NCBI GenBank assembly: GCA_951406725.2 | Contig: OX597817.1 | Coordinates: 35,402,001 to 35,466,000 of the forward strand | Length of the DNA stretch: 64,000 nt | From: Octopus vulgaris | Taxonomy: Eukaryota | Direction: 5' to 3' | In this document: positions 23,321 through 35,235 of the stretch, piece after piece | Layout: the number at the start of each line of letters is the position of its first letter | Position numbering within the stretch: the stretch's first letter is position 1 | Notes under the pieces: model-generated | Seen by the model: the letters and a program-made list of their open reading frames with translations, nothing else | What the model was told of the DNA's origin: nothing | Databases searched by the model: none | Position numbers and translations under genes: made by a program

Positions 23321-24880
23321 TCATCTGATGGAACTGCCGCCATGAGACCTGAAGTGGCTGGTGAGGCCAATCCGGGCAAGGAAGCCCCTCCCACAGGTGG
23401 GGCAGAAGTGGGTAGGGGCCGTGCTACTGGTGCAGGCGGCTCTTGCTTTACGCATCTGACGTTTCTGCTCCGCTGACCGAATCCGTCCCTCCTCGGCTGT
23501 CCCTGCTCCCACGGTGATTGCGCTGCGCCAGGATGAGCGGTTGGCAGCAAGTGTCTCCCAGGTCTCTGTTCCGATGGAGAAGTCTTTGAGAGAGACCTTG
23601 AGACTATCCTTGTAGCGCTTCTTCTGCCCTCCGACTTTGCGCCTGCCCTGGCCGAGTTCACCGTAGAAGAGCTGTTTTGGGATGTGAGTGTCGGACATGC
23701 GGGAGACGTGGCCCGCCCATCTCAGCTGGGCCTTGCGCATGATTGTGATGGTGCTAGGGAGATCTGCCTGCTTCAGAACTTCCGTGTCTGGGACTTTGTC
23801 CTGCCAGCGGATGTGAAGGAGGTTCCGAAGACACCTGAGATGGAAATGGTTTATCTGGCGCTCGTGCCTTCGGTAAGCAGTCCACGTCTCGCAGCCGTAT
23901 AGTAGGGTGGTAAGCACGACTGCCCGGTAGACTTTCAGCTTGGTTTTGAGGCTGATTCCTCTCCGCTCCCAGACTTTCTTTCGCAGTCTCCCAAACGCGC
24001 TGCTTGCCTTGGAGATTCTGTTGATGGTTTCAGCATCTATGTTGGCATTGCAGGAGAGAGTGCTGCCCAGGTAGGTGAAGTTTTCCACCACTCGTAGGAT
24101 CCGTCCGTTCACCCTTATCTGAGGCTCATGGTATTGTTTGCCGGGGGCTGGCTGAAACATCACTTCGGTTTTCTTGGCACTGATGGTGAGACCGAAGTTG
24201 TCACAGGCTGATGAGAACCTGTCCATCTCGAACTGCATCTCCTGCTCATCGATTGCATTAAGGGCGCAGTCGTCAGCAAAGAGAAAGTCTCTGACGACTG
24301 TCTCCCTCACCTTTGTGACAGCCTGCAATCTTCTGGAGTTGAAAAGTTTCCCGTCTGTCCTGTACTTGATGTCGATACCGGACTTGCAGTCCCTAAAGGC
24401 GTCGGACAGCATTGCCGAGAACATGATGCTGAACAGTGTTGGGGCCAGGACACAGCCCTGCCTGACTCCGTTGGTCACCTGGAAGGCTTCAGATGAGTTG
24501 CCGTCTTCAAGGACTCTGGCTGTCTTTCCGTTGTGGAACTGGCGGACAATTGCAATAAATTTGCTGGGGCAACCAAATTTTCCCATGACCTTCCATAGTC
24601 CCTCCCGACTGACTGTATCAAAGGCCTTGGTGAGATCAACAAAGGTCATGCAGAGGTCAAGGTGCTGCTCCATGCATTTCTCCTGGAGCTGGCGGGCGGC
24701 GAATATCATGTCAGTGGTCCCTCGACCCGCGCGGAAGCCACACTGGCTCTCAGGGAGAAGGCCTTGCTCCAAGTGTTCCAGAAGGCGGTCAAGCAGGACT
24801 CGGGCCAGGATCTTGCCTGCTATGGACAAGAGGGAGATACCTCGGTGGTTGTCGCAGGACTGCCGATCTCCTTTCCGCTT
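23321..24880 (-). CDS. RTE reverse transcriptase domain plus C-terminal CCHH zinc finger (open frame)
   Basis: QCGFR, FVDLTKAFD, GVRQGCVLAP, LFADD, FTYLGS, CPTC..H..SH. Confidence 0.88.
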   Translation of the reverse strand, partial: KRKGDRQSCDNHRGISLLSIAGKILARVLLDRLLEHLEQGLLPESQCGFRAGRGTTDMIFAARQLQEKCMEQHLDLCMTFVDLTKAFDTVSREGLWKVMGKFGCPSKFIAIVRQFHNGKTARVLEDGNSSEAFQVTNGVRQGCVLAPTLFSIMFSAMLSDAFRDCKSGIDIKYRTDGKLFNSRRLQAVTKVRETVVRDFLFADDCALNAIDEQEMQFEMDRFSSACDNFGLTISAKKTEVMFQPAPGKQYHEPQIRVNGRILRVVENFTYLGSTLSCNANIDAETINRISKASSAFGRLRKKVWERRGISLKTKLKVYRAVVLTTLLYGCETWTAYRRHERQINHFHLRCLRNLLHIRWQDKVPDTEVLKQADLPSTITIMRKAQLRWAGHVSRMSDTHIPKQLFYGELGQGRRKVGGQKKRYKDSLKVSLKDFSIGTETWETLAANRSSWRSAITVGAGTAEEGRIRSAEQKRQMRKARAACTSSTAPTHFCPTCGRGFLARIGLTSHFRSHGGSSIR

Positions 24881-25980
24881 ATAAATCTTGAGGGAGTTGT
24901 TCCCTGTCCCACATCGACTGGAACAGGCTGGTGAGCTGAGTGATCATGGTGGGGCCGCCCGACTTGAACACCTCTGCAGGGATGGCGTCAGAGCCTGGAG
25001 CTTTGCCGGTGGACATTTTTTTGATGGCTCTGCTCACTTCCTCGACTGCAGGGGGAACAGCCAACTCGTGGTTTGTCGGCACCTGGGGGAGTCGTGCGAT
25101 GGCTTCCTCGTTGATCTGGGCTGGTCGGTTGAGCACGATGTTGAAATGCTCCGCCCAGAGTTTTAAGGGCGATGGAATGAACCGTGTCCCTGAATGATTC
25201 CCACTGCTCATCGATGCTGGACTGGTCACTCCGAATGTCCAACAGCTTGCTGTCCATACGTGACTGGAGATCTTGTGCAGTCAGCTGGTTCTTTAATTTC
25301 GTGATGTTAAGCTTCCTCGTCACTTTCTTTCCCAGTACGCGATGCCAGGCTTGGTGGTCAGTCCCGACACGGGCGTTAAGATCCCCAAGGAGGATGAGCT
25401 TCCCAGGCTGGGCTGACGTGATGAGGGAGTCGAGTTCCTCATAGAACCTGTCCTTAACTTCTTCAGGGTTGGTCATGGTGGGGGCGTAAGCACTGATGAT
25501 GGTCGCACTAGTCTTGTTTCCAAGTGGGAGCTGCATCTTCATTAGCCGATCGTTGATACCCTCGGGGTGGGGGGGGGGGGGGCTTTCCAGTTTCCGCACG
25601 TGTACTGACTTAATGGCAAAACCAACACCAGCCTCACGACGCTCTTCGCTGCTGCGACCACTCCAAAAGAAAGTGTAGCCGCCGCCTGTCTCTGTCAGCT
25701 GGCCTTTGTCCGCAAGGCGGGTCTCGCTCAGTGCTGCAATATCGACATTGTATCGGCTCAGTTCTCTGGCCACCAGGGCAGTTCGTCTCTCTGGTCTGTC
25801 CGCTTTGGTGTTGTCAAGCAGAGTTCTCACGTTCCAAGTTGCGAAAGTGAGCACCTTTGTTTGTTTTCTTCTTTCTTTGTTTCGACCGCTTGGAAAGGAT
25901 CCCCGCCAGCCGCGGTTTGCTGACCAGGGTGAGGTGAGGCAGGCTATGTTTAGGGCAACCTTTTCTAGCCCCGTCCTCAT
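24879..25980 (-). pseudogene. RTE AP-endonuclease and linker with deletions and frameshifts
   Basis: APE N-terminal half fused at HRVLGK|KVTRKLN; frame shifts before WAEHF and after LPQDL. Confidence 0.85.
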
Positions 25981-26873
25981 GCTGGGGAGGCGAGCAGAGC
26001 GATCCTGAAGAGGGCTGCTCGGTCACTCAGGAGGCTGCCGGACTCCACTGCTGCCTCAGTTCAGTGAGGGGCGACCACATGTCCTGAGCCGCCTGCAGCT
26101 CCCAGTGTATCCTCACCTGCTACTTCGCCGTTTCCCCATCGCCACAGGACTTTGGGATGGTGTCATGACGTCATGATGTCGTGACATGCGCGTGAATTGG
26201 ATTATTGTGAGGGTGACTTGCGCAGGATCAGCCTCACTCTCTCGTCCTGGTGCGCCGGATCCAGTGGCAAGACAAAGTCAAGACGACTGGGGGTAGACCA
26301 AGATGCAGGAGCTGCCGGAAGGTGGCACGCATGGCGCAATCCAACCGCCTTAGGGGCTCCACTCCGGATTTTGGATGGCCATTGACTCATGAGAGAGTTC
26401 CTCTGCCCTTTGACAGGTTTTGTTTTTAGTCCTGCTGGGTGTCCAAATCACCCTCCTCACCAAGAAATCTTGGTGGGGTTGCCAGTTTAGTCGCCAACGA
26501 CCCGACCATGTAACAGGTTGTACTGGGTTACATGTTACCAGTAGCTCCAAGCTGAGACCTGACATATTTTGATACGGTTTATGCAGTCAACGGATTCTAA
26601 TTGAACAGGTTTATTAGATACGTGTTGGAACAAGGGGTATCCCACTGTGACAGATGTCGAAGGACAAGTAACCAAGCTACACTGTGGTCAGAAATCGGAA
26701 AACCTTTCACGTCCCTCAGGAAATTGATGTTTGCAAGATAATTGCGGTTTAGATTCAGTATCATCGTCCTACTGATGTTAGTAAAGACTTAAGCTATGAA
26801 TCTGCTCAAACACAATTCAAAAAATTTAGGCAAACATTGTTTGGACCCCATTACCGGAGCTTCATTTCAGAGT

Positions 26874-27005
26874 TTTATAAATCACATTCATTTATAAATC
26901 ACATTCATTTATAAATCACATCCATTTATAAATCACATCCATTTATAAATCACTTCCATTTATAAATCACATCCATTTATAAATCACATTCATTTATAAA
27001 TCGCA
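26874..27005. repeat. 17-bp minisatellite TTTATAAATCACATYCA, about 7.7 units
   Basis: Direct reading. Confidence 0.95.
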
Positions 27006-28078
27006 ACCGTTTTCTCAATACTGTTTTTGAAGTAAAAAAAAAAACTTCAGTAACTTGGTCAGTGAGTTTAAAATCCATGGCTTCCACTCGATGAGACACT
27101 TTGTACTATGACATTCTGCTTTCACATCGTCCAAAATAAGTCATAGTTTTCTGCTACAAATATGAGACCATCAATGTTAAAAAATTTATGATTAGAGCAA
27201 CTAGATAAATTTGCTTGTTGCATTCATATCCAGTAGAGATTCTAGTTACTTTGTCAGAGGTTTGATTCTAGTACGATTATCGCTTTTGGAAGATGGGAGA
27301 GGCTCTTCATAGTATAATAGTTTCCTGCAAAATTGAGGCGTCGGAGCTTTAAGAAAATCCACACAAAACATGACCGATAGCCTCACGGCGAAAATCAGCA
27401 AGATCTCTACTACTTGTGGATTGACTTCCAATAACTTTATTGACCACCGATGTTCTCCAACCGCTATGTTAGTTTTCTTCGCCGTTTTGACTTCTTCAGA
27501 CAAACTGTCTTTAGGCTGTCCTAATTAAGTTCAGTAGCCTCGATCGTATTACACATATTTTCGTTGCTTTGCTTGTTTTGTTTGACATCAAGATGCTCAA
27601 TAGAATTTGTAGCGGCGATAGTTTTAGTTGCGTATTTTAAACAGCTAGTGATATGATACAATATTGTTTCCTTAATGTGTTAGTGGTTGTGTGGTTGGGA
27701 TGTCGAAAGAGACGAGATTATTATATTCACATCAGAGAATCTTTTCAAGGTCTGTGTGTTAATGAAAGAAGTGCGAATGTGAGGCGAGTTGTTCATGTTT
27801 GTGAGGAACTGTTTGATTTCACACCAAAATTTGGACAAACTCCTTTATTTCATAGATTTATTTTCCGTTCGTCAGTTTTCATGAAACCAATATGGGCCTT
27901 CTGTATGTAAAAGTGTAGGGAGAGGAGTGAGATCAAGTTTCAATTTGATACAATTTTTCTGTCATTATTTGTTTTTCAAAAGTTAAATACTATCCCACCC
28001 ATTTCGTTCTGGTCCCTGAGTCACACACAAAGGGAACATGATCTCTTACACCCATTCACTGAGATTTATGTACTCATG

Positions 28079-29098
28079 TTGGGTCATTTCATAAATAATG
28101 AGGTTTTTTGAATTGCATGAACTAAAAGTGAGAGAGGGACGGGTTAAACTACCTGCATCAACTTGCTGTAAAAGCAGGTGGTAATTTTACTTTGTACTTA
28201 TTCTTAGTGCAAGTTTTGAAGAACCCTGGTGGATCAAAATCACATCGTAACTGTTGAGGAAGTAGCAGAGAAACTCGGATTTAGTAATTCAACCATTCAT
28301 CGACACGTGCATGCCATCGGAAAAGTCAGCAAATTGGGCCAATGGGTTCCTCACAAACTTCCCGTGTCTAATTGCGCGCAGAGAGTGAATGTGTGCTCTT
28401 CTTTGCTGTCATTTATCACGAATGAACCGCTTTTGGAATGAATAGTGACTGGTGATGAGAAATGGGTTCTCTATAAAAATGTCAAGCGCCGAAAACAGTG
28501 GGTAGCGAAAGGAGAAACACCGGCATCCCAGGCTAAAGGTCTTCACCTACGTAAGGTGTTGTTATCTGTTTAGTGGGATACGAAAAGCTTAGTCTGATTT
28601 AAACTTTTAAACTTAAACCAAACGATAACAAAGGAGATCTACTGCAAGCAGCTTGAGCAGCTTAAGTCAGCCGTGGAAGAAAAACGACCATCTTTGGTTT
28701 CAAGACGATAGGTGTTCTTCCAACAGGATAATGCTCGGTCACATACAACGAAGATGACGTCCCAAAGGCTGGAACAGTCTGAATGGGGAACGATACCCCA
28801 CCCACCATATTCGCCGGACATTGTCCCATCTGATTATCATTTATTCCGTAGTCTTCAAAATCATTTGGACGGAAAAAATATGAACTCTGTAGACGAGTTC
28901 AGAACAGTACTGGAAGAGCATTTTTCGTCACGGACAAGTGAATTTTGGAAGAGGGGCCTTGCAAGTCTACCAGATAGATGGAAGAGCATTGTAGAAAATG
29001 AAGGAGAGTATATTTTAGATTAAAAAAGAACTTTGTTTATCTTAATTTTGAAAAATAAAAGAAGTATAAAAAACCGCATTATTTATGGGATGACCCAA
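28079..29098 (+). mobile_element. Mariner (DD34D-type) transposon, internally deleted, both TIRs
   Basis: TIRs TTGGGTCATTTCATAAATAATGAGG and CCGCATTATTTATGGGATGACCCAA; WVPHKL, VTGDEKW, QQDNAR, HPPYSPD..PSDYHLF; in-frame stops. Confidence 0.93.
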
Positions 29099-30914
29099 AT
29101 AAAACTAATTTAACTCGCACGAACTGCACTTTATGACCTGTGTTCATTGATCTCTCTTGTTACACACCCATGCAACTGTATTCATTATACCACTTCTTAC
29201 GCCCTAAAAGTTATTATATACATGTGTATGCATATATTCATATGTGCATACATACATACATGCATACGTACGTACATACACACACACACATACATACATA
29301 CATACATACATACATACATACATACATACATACATACATACATACATACATACACATACGCACACGCACGTACACATGTGTGTGTGGGTGTGCGTAAGTA
29401 GATAGTAAGAAAATCATGCTAGAGTTGAACAGAGAAGGGGGCCTTTCTCATGCAAATACTTCGGCTCTTGATTCCATACACTCCAAAGAGACGGGTTACA
29501 TCAGGTCATGCCACCTGGATACTCCTCTGGTGCTTCATTCTGTGCTACTGTCTGCATTGCAACCTGCACCTTCCTGGGTGGTCAGAGCGCTCCAGAGCCA
29601 AGGTACCGATGGGTTTTGCAACCACTTCGTTCTAGGACGCCTGTTGACAGTCGGGTAAATTATGCTAGCTGAAATTCACTTTTATTCCTCCCTTGACCAT
29701 TTGCTTCTGCCATTAACTTAAACGTTCTGGTTCTCTTTTGTCCAGAAATCGATATGTATAACGATAACTAGTTTTTATTTTATCTTTATCTTTTTGTGTA
29801 ACATATGCATAACATTGTATAATTTGTTGTCCTGAAGAAAGAATACTCTCGTGAGAATTGTCCATAATAACGAAGGAATAAACATTAGAATTGCTAAATC
29901 AGTATTGCCTTCTGTAAATTCGCATTTGGTATTTGGGTGAGGAAGGATCTCAACCTCGAAACCAAGCTGACGGTCTAAGCAGATGCGTTGTGCTAAATTT
30001 TCTAAATACCAGTGAGACGTAAACTGTTTACAGTAAATACGTCAAGAAGACAAATGTATTCTATCTGAACAGCCCACGCAAAATTGGTGTTCATTCTTTA
30101 GCACGGCAAGGTTCTAGACACTGAAATCCTTTGTAGCGGTAGTGCCTACATCCACAACCTCCTGTGCAGAGCATAGCTACGTTGATCTCGTCACATTGCT
30201 AGAATTGTAGAATGGATGACGAATGCCTTCTGAAGCGCCCTTCACGAAAGACTATTCATTATCCCAAATAATGAGTACTATAACCTATAATTTTTGCCAT
30301 TAAGGAAATGGTTATTTTCCTTACGCAAATGCAAAGAAATAACATTTTTTTTTTAAAGACCTTAGTAACCAAACAATGAAATATAAACCATGTGGAAAGT
30401 ACATGCATCATGGTGACGAAAGAACCCGGAATCAGCTATCGCAGATCACGGAACTATTGAGAAAAATTCCAGTGGACTTTTGAACTGAACCAAGACCTAT
30501 GGCAGTTCTACAGAAAGGCTAGAGAAGATCCCTCGATAGGCTACATGAAGTGACTTAAAGAATTCTTACGTGAATAGATGCACTCGCTTGGGTGTATGCA
30601 TCGACAATTCAACCAACACACCAACTCAACCACCTATTTAAAAATACCGGAAACTCTCTTAACTCAAGAAGCCTAGCTGCTTTGTTAGCAACCGGTTTAA
30701 ACTGTCTCGAGAACTTAAATTAAACTCAAAGAAAAATCATACATACATGCACATACACATGTAAGACCAACTGTATGCCACCTCCTTCCTCCTAGACTAG
30801 GTGATTCGATGTGTGTAATATGGGTAAAAGTTTGCAAGTCTATTTCAGGTCTGAAAAGACAGACGACAATACACAAACGTTATTTCCCACGAAGTGACAC
30901 TATCAGTCAATGTT

Positions 30915-31070
30915 GCAATGTTTGTCTATCAACTATGTTTCAAAACTTGCAGATCTGCTGTGGGACTAAGTAGTCAACTGAAACGTCATGGATGGAAAGT
31001 AAAAAACGCCATTGACAACGAGGAAGCAGAGAGACGGCAATCATCTGAGAAGATGGAGTAATCACTGTGC
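30915..31070 (+). mobile_element. RTE-like 3' end remnant with (ATGT)n tail; related remnant at about 32690-32865
   Basis: Degenerate zinc finger (CFKTCRSAVGLSSQLKRH) and shared GCCATTGACAACGAGGAAG 3' UTR. Confidence 0.55.
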
Positions 31071-31165
31071 ATGTATGCATGCATGTATGCATGTATGTAT
31101 GCATGTATGTATGTATGTATGTATGTATGTATGTATGTATGTATGTATGTATGTATGTATGTATG

Positions 31166-32128
31166 TAGAAAAGCGCCTCTGGAGTCGGCGAGACATATGC
31201 AGAAAGACAAAGATAAAGGTGTACAAGGCGTGTGTGCTCTCTTCTCTTCTTTATGCCTGCGAGACATGGGTCACATCTCGATACCGCCTTAAACAACTGG
31301 AACGTTTCCATCAGATATACCTCAGACGGATCTATGGCATTAAGTGGAAGGACCGCATCAGTGATCTTGAAATACTCGAAGGCTCTCGGTGTGAAAGTAT
31401 AGAAGCTCTTGTGTTAAAGCAAAGGCTCAGATGGAGTGGTCATCTGGTCAGAATGAAGGATTCAAGGATGCCAAAACAACTCTTTTATGGAGAGTTAGCT
31501 AAAGGAGAACGACCTCAACATAAACCAAAAAAGAGGTATAAGGACTTGCTGAAGGCTTTCTTGAGAGATGCTTGCATCTCTCCTGACACATGGGAAGGCA
31601 TAGCTATTGATCGAAGCAGGTGGAGAAGGATTGTGCATGAGGGGACAGCCACGTTTGAGAAATCTCGAGTTGCACATGAGAAAGTAAGGAGGGATGTCAG
31701 GAAGGGCATCGCTGTTACACTTCCAGAAGGGAAGGGTCTTCCTTTGATTCTGACATGCAATGTCTGTGTAAGATCCTGCCTCAGTAAAGCTGGACTCATG
31801 AGTCATCTTCGTAGTCATAAAACGAGACAGATGAGTGACAACCTGGCCACTGGTGGTGGTGTAACACACCATACTAATCATATCTGTCGGGCGTGTGGAA
31901 GAGAGTGTAATTCGGCAGGAGGACTTAAACAACCTGCAAAGGTACATGAAGTCCAGTTACAACTACAGCCGGCTATTACCAGTAAAGGTTTTAGTTGCCA
32001 ATTTTGTACAAGACATTGTAGATCTTTAGCTGGGCTAAAAAGTCACATTCGATCACAGCAGCAGTAACAGTTAAACTTCGTGCAATGGCCATACTCGATA
32101 ACGAGGGGGGAACCATAATAATAATAAT
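31166..32128 (+). mobile_element. 5'-truncated RTE LINE with three C-terminal C2H2-like fingers and (TAA)n tail, inside (TATG)n
   Basis: TKIKVYKACVLSSLLYACETW, LRWSGHLVRM..PKQLFYGEL, three CxxC..GL..H units, stop 32067. Confidence 0.9.
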
Positions 32129-32165
32129 GTATGTATGTATGTATGTATGTATGTATGTATGTATG

Positions 32166-32196
<31 letters not shown>

Positions 32197-32871
32197 GTCC
32201 TATGACTTTAAACTGCATCCAATAGCGGGGCTTTGGTTTGGAGTTTTGGAGCTTAAGGAGTGTGAAATTATTGCCCAATCACTACTTTCACAGGACTACT
32301 CTGACCCGGAGTAGTAGCACCTGTCAGGTTCTCAGCTGTAAATTAGGATGTGTGATGACATTCCGTCTGAGGGTGGGGCTACAGAAATACTCTTGGTTGG
32401 TGTCAGGGCGCGCAGTAAAATCACTGTGTGTGAGGAACCCCTAGCTGTTGTCACAGCATCCTTGTAGGAGAAGGACACTCTTACGTAAAACCTGCGGTTT
32501 TAAGTGACTACTGGTTATCTTGCTTCTGCCTGTCACTAGGTACTAATCGCAGAAACTCAGACAGCGGTACTCGTGTTGTACAAGCGTTTATCACTATATC
32601 CTAATGATGTATAGATGACCTCATTTGTCATCCCATCTACTGAAAGTCTTTTGGCGATGGAAGAGTGGTGGTGTGTGCAGACCTAAAGAGTTGGAAGCGC
32701 ACAGTAAGTTACATCTTTCGACTGCCACCTATGCTTCAAACCAAGCAGGTCTGAAATGGAACTGAATAGTCATTTGAGAGGCCATGGGTAGAAAGTCATA
32801 GAAATGCCATTGACAACGAGGAAGTACAAGCATCTATGAAGGTGGAACAATCACCATGTATGTACGCATAT

Positions 32872-33298
32872 CTTTTACTTTTTACTTGATTCAGTCATTA
32901 GACTGCGGCCATTCTGGAGCACTGCCTTTAAGAATATTGTTTGTCGGATGAATCGACCTCAGTACTTATTTGTTTTTCAGCTAGGCACTTATTCCATCGG
33001 TCTCTTTTGCTGAACTGCTAGATTACAGGGACGTAAACACACCAACACCGGTTGTCAAACGCTGTTGGGGACAAACACAAACACAAAGACAAATACACAC
33101 ACATACACACACACACACACACACCACACACACACATATACATCGGGCTTTTTTTCAGTTTTCGTCTACCATATCTACTCACAATGATTTAGTCGGCCTG
33201 AGACTATAGTAGAAGACACTTGCTCAAGGTGAAACGCAATGGAACCGAACTCGGAACCATGTGGCTGAGAGGCAAGCTTTATACCACACAGCCACGTC
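32872..33298 (-). mobile_element. SINE family B, diverged
   Basis: Homology to other family B copies. Confidence 0.8.
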
Positions 33299-34004
33299 TG
33301 TATGGTATGTTGAAAATTATTTAGCAGCTAAACAAAGGAATGTACTAACATTAAATAAATGTACAAAGAATTATAACCAGGGTTTTATCTAAGAAAATAT
33401 CGGTTAATGGACAAATGTATGGAAAAACCCGATTATTAATAATGGAAGTTATATTGGAAGTTAATGACAATCTAAAAACGCAATAGCATTTCATAAACAA
33501 GTTATGCTGGGGAAAATCATAAATATATATGAAACAGCAAATATACAAAAGACTATTGCGTCACAATGTCACCAAATTTTTATTATAAGTAAATAAAGAC
33601 AGGAAGAAAACATCAAGCTCCGTGAATGTCGAAGACTAAGAAAAAAACCCCACTGATCTTACATAGGCGATACAATTAAATATCTAACTTAACGTTAAAC
33701 TCATATTTTTAAAACTATAAAGACTATTTTATTAGTAATCTTCAAAAACAACATTTAGGTTAATTATTTCTTCTCACGTTTTATATCGCCAGCAAGAGTG
33801 CACTCAATTCCAATACTCTGATATTTTAAAGGCGTTTCTCCTTCCGTGATGGAATATGATGTAATTTGATTGCAGCTTTTTATAAAATGGCAGTCCATCT
33901 TTAGCTTTGATTCACCTTACTTTCTCAGTTGTCTCGTAGAGACACAACCATTTCTTTTCTCTATCCCAAATTGTTCGAATAAAGCTTTGTAATCTATTTG
34001 TTAA

Positions 34005-34579
34005 GGATCTTTTCACTTTGACTGGTAGATTTAAAAAATAATTTCTTTGTAACTAAACACTTTTAAACTTCGTATACTGGTAGAATGTGTCACATAAAAC
34101 ATCTTTTTCTCTTGGCGTTCTTGAGAAAATTCTGAAAGCTGTTAAATTTCTCGTATTTCGGCAATTTCAACCAATCAATGACGTCTATTGAGGTGAATAT
34201 AATTACTGTTGTTGTTTGTCAACAAGAAGTTCCGGCGGTGTATATTTCGTTTAAGAAACAGATTGAAATGCAATAAAATAGATCGATACTCAGTCGCCGG
34301 CACCGGATGCCACAACTTATATGAAACATTAAACATACATTATGAGGGCTAAACCGATTAAAACGATTACGATATAGAGGGCATTAATAAATTATATATT
34401 TAACATTAAGGGTGTATATACCAAATTAAATATGTACTTAGTGTGTAACCCAGATTTTGGTGGTTGGGTGTCTTGTGTTTACAAGAAAGATGTTTTATGT
34501 GACACACTCTATCAGTATACGAAGTTTAAAAGTGTTTAGTTACAAAAAATTATTTTTTAAATCTGCCGGTCAAAGATCC
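34005..34579. mobile_element. MITE-like non-autonomous DNA transposon with ~100-bp imperfect TIRs
   Basis: TTTGTAACTAAACACTTTTAAACTTCGTATACTG..GTGTCACATAAAACATCTTT (about 34045-34106) is inverted at about 34485-34545; termini GGATC/GATCC. Confidence 0.75.
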
Positions 34580-34779
34580 GTTTCTTATTGTAAGCACTGC
34601 AAAATATTGTTGCTTCAAGCCTATGCCATAATTGATATGTAAGAGGTAGTCAGAATATTTCAGATCTAACATTTCTACTTTCTTTATGCGTTAAACATCT
34701 CTGTTTAATTTTTCTTTATATTTTGTTTCATTTTGGTCCTTATCACCATCCTCACCACTATCACCACTACCACCACTCT

Positions 34780-34794
34780 CTTCATCATCATCAT

Positions 34795-34846
<52 letters not shown>

Positions 34847-34946
34847 TTCTTCTTCTTCTTCTTCTTCTCCTTCTTCTTCTTCTTCTTCTTCTTCTTCTTC
34901 TTCTTCTTCTTCTTCTTCTTCTTCTTCTTCTTCTTCTTCTTCTTCT
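34780..34946. repeat. (CAT)n(CTT)n compound microsatellite
   Basis: Direct reading. Confidence 0.95.
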
Positions 34947-35158
34947 CAAGGCAGCGGCCAAGCATAATCGCCAGCACGCCAAGCAAAATGCTTAGCGGTA
35001 TTTCGCTCGTCGCTACGTTCTGAGTTCAAAATCCGCCGAGGTCGACTTTACCTGTCATCCTTTCAGGATCGATAAAATAAGTACCGTTTGAACACTGGAG
35101 TCGATGTAATCAACTCACCGCCTCACCAAATTCCTGCCCTTGTGGAAAAATTTGATAC

Positions 35159-35233
<75 letters not shown>

Positions 35234-35235
<2 letters not shown>

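Larger units (their letters stand above)
23282..26563 (-). mobile_element. RTE (BovB-like) LINE with both ends, internally deleted, TSD ATATTTTGATA
   Basis: TSD 23271-23281 and 26564-26574; APE motifs [27 protein letters not shown]; (TTA)-type 3' tail. Confidence 0.93.

Noticed and set aside
24174-24884. 236-aa plus-strand ORF
   Set aside because: Antisense shadow of the RTE RT frame
29828-29975. Hammerhead-like CTGAAGA..CTCGAAAC
   Set aside because: Cleavage triplet and stems II and III cannot be formed convincingly; at best a decayed Penelope remnant
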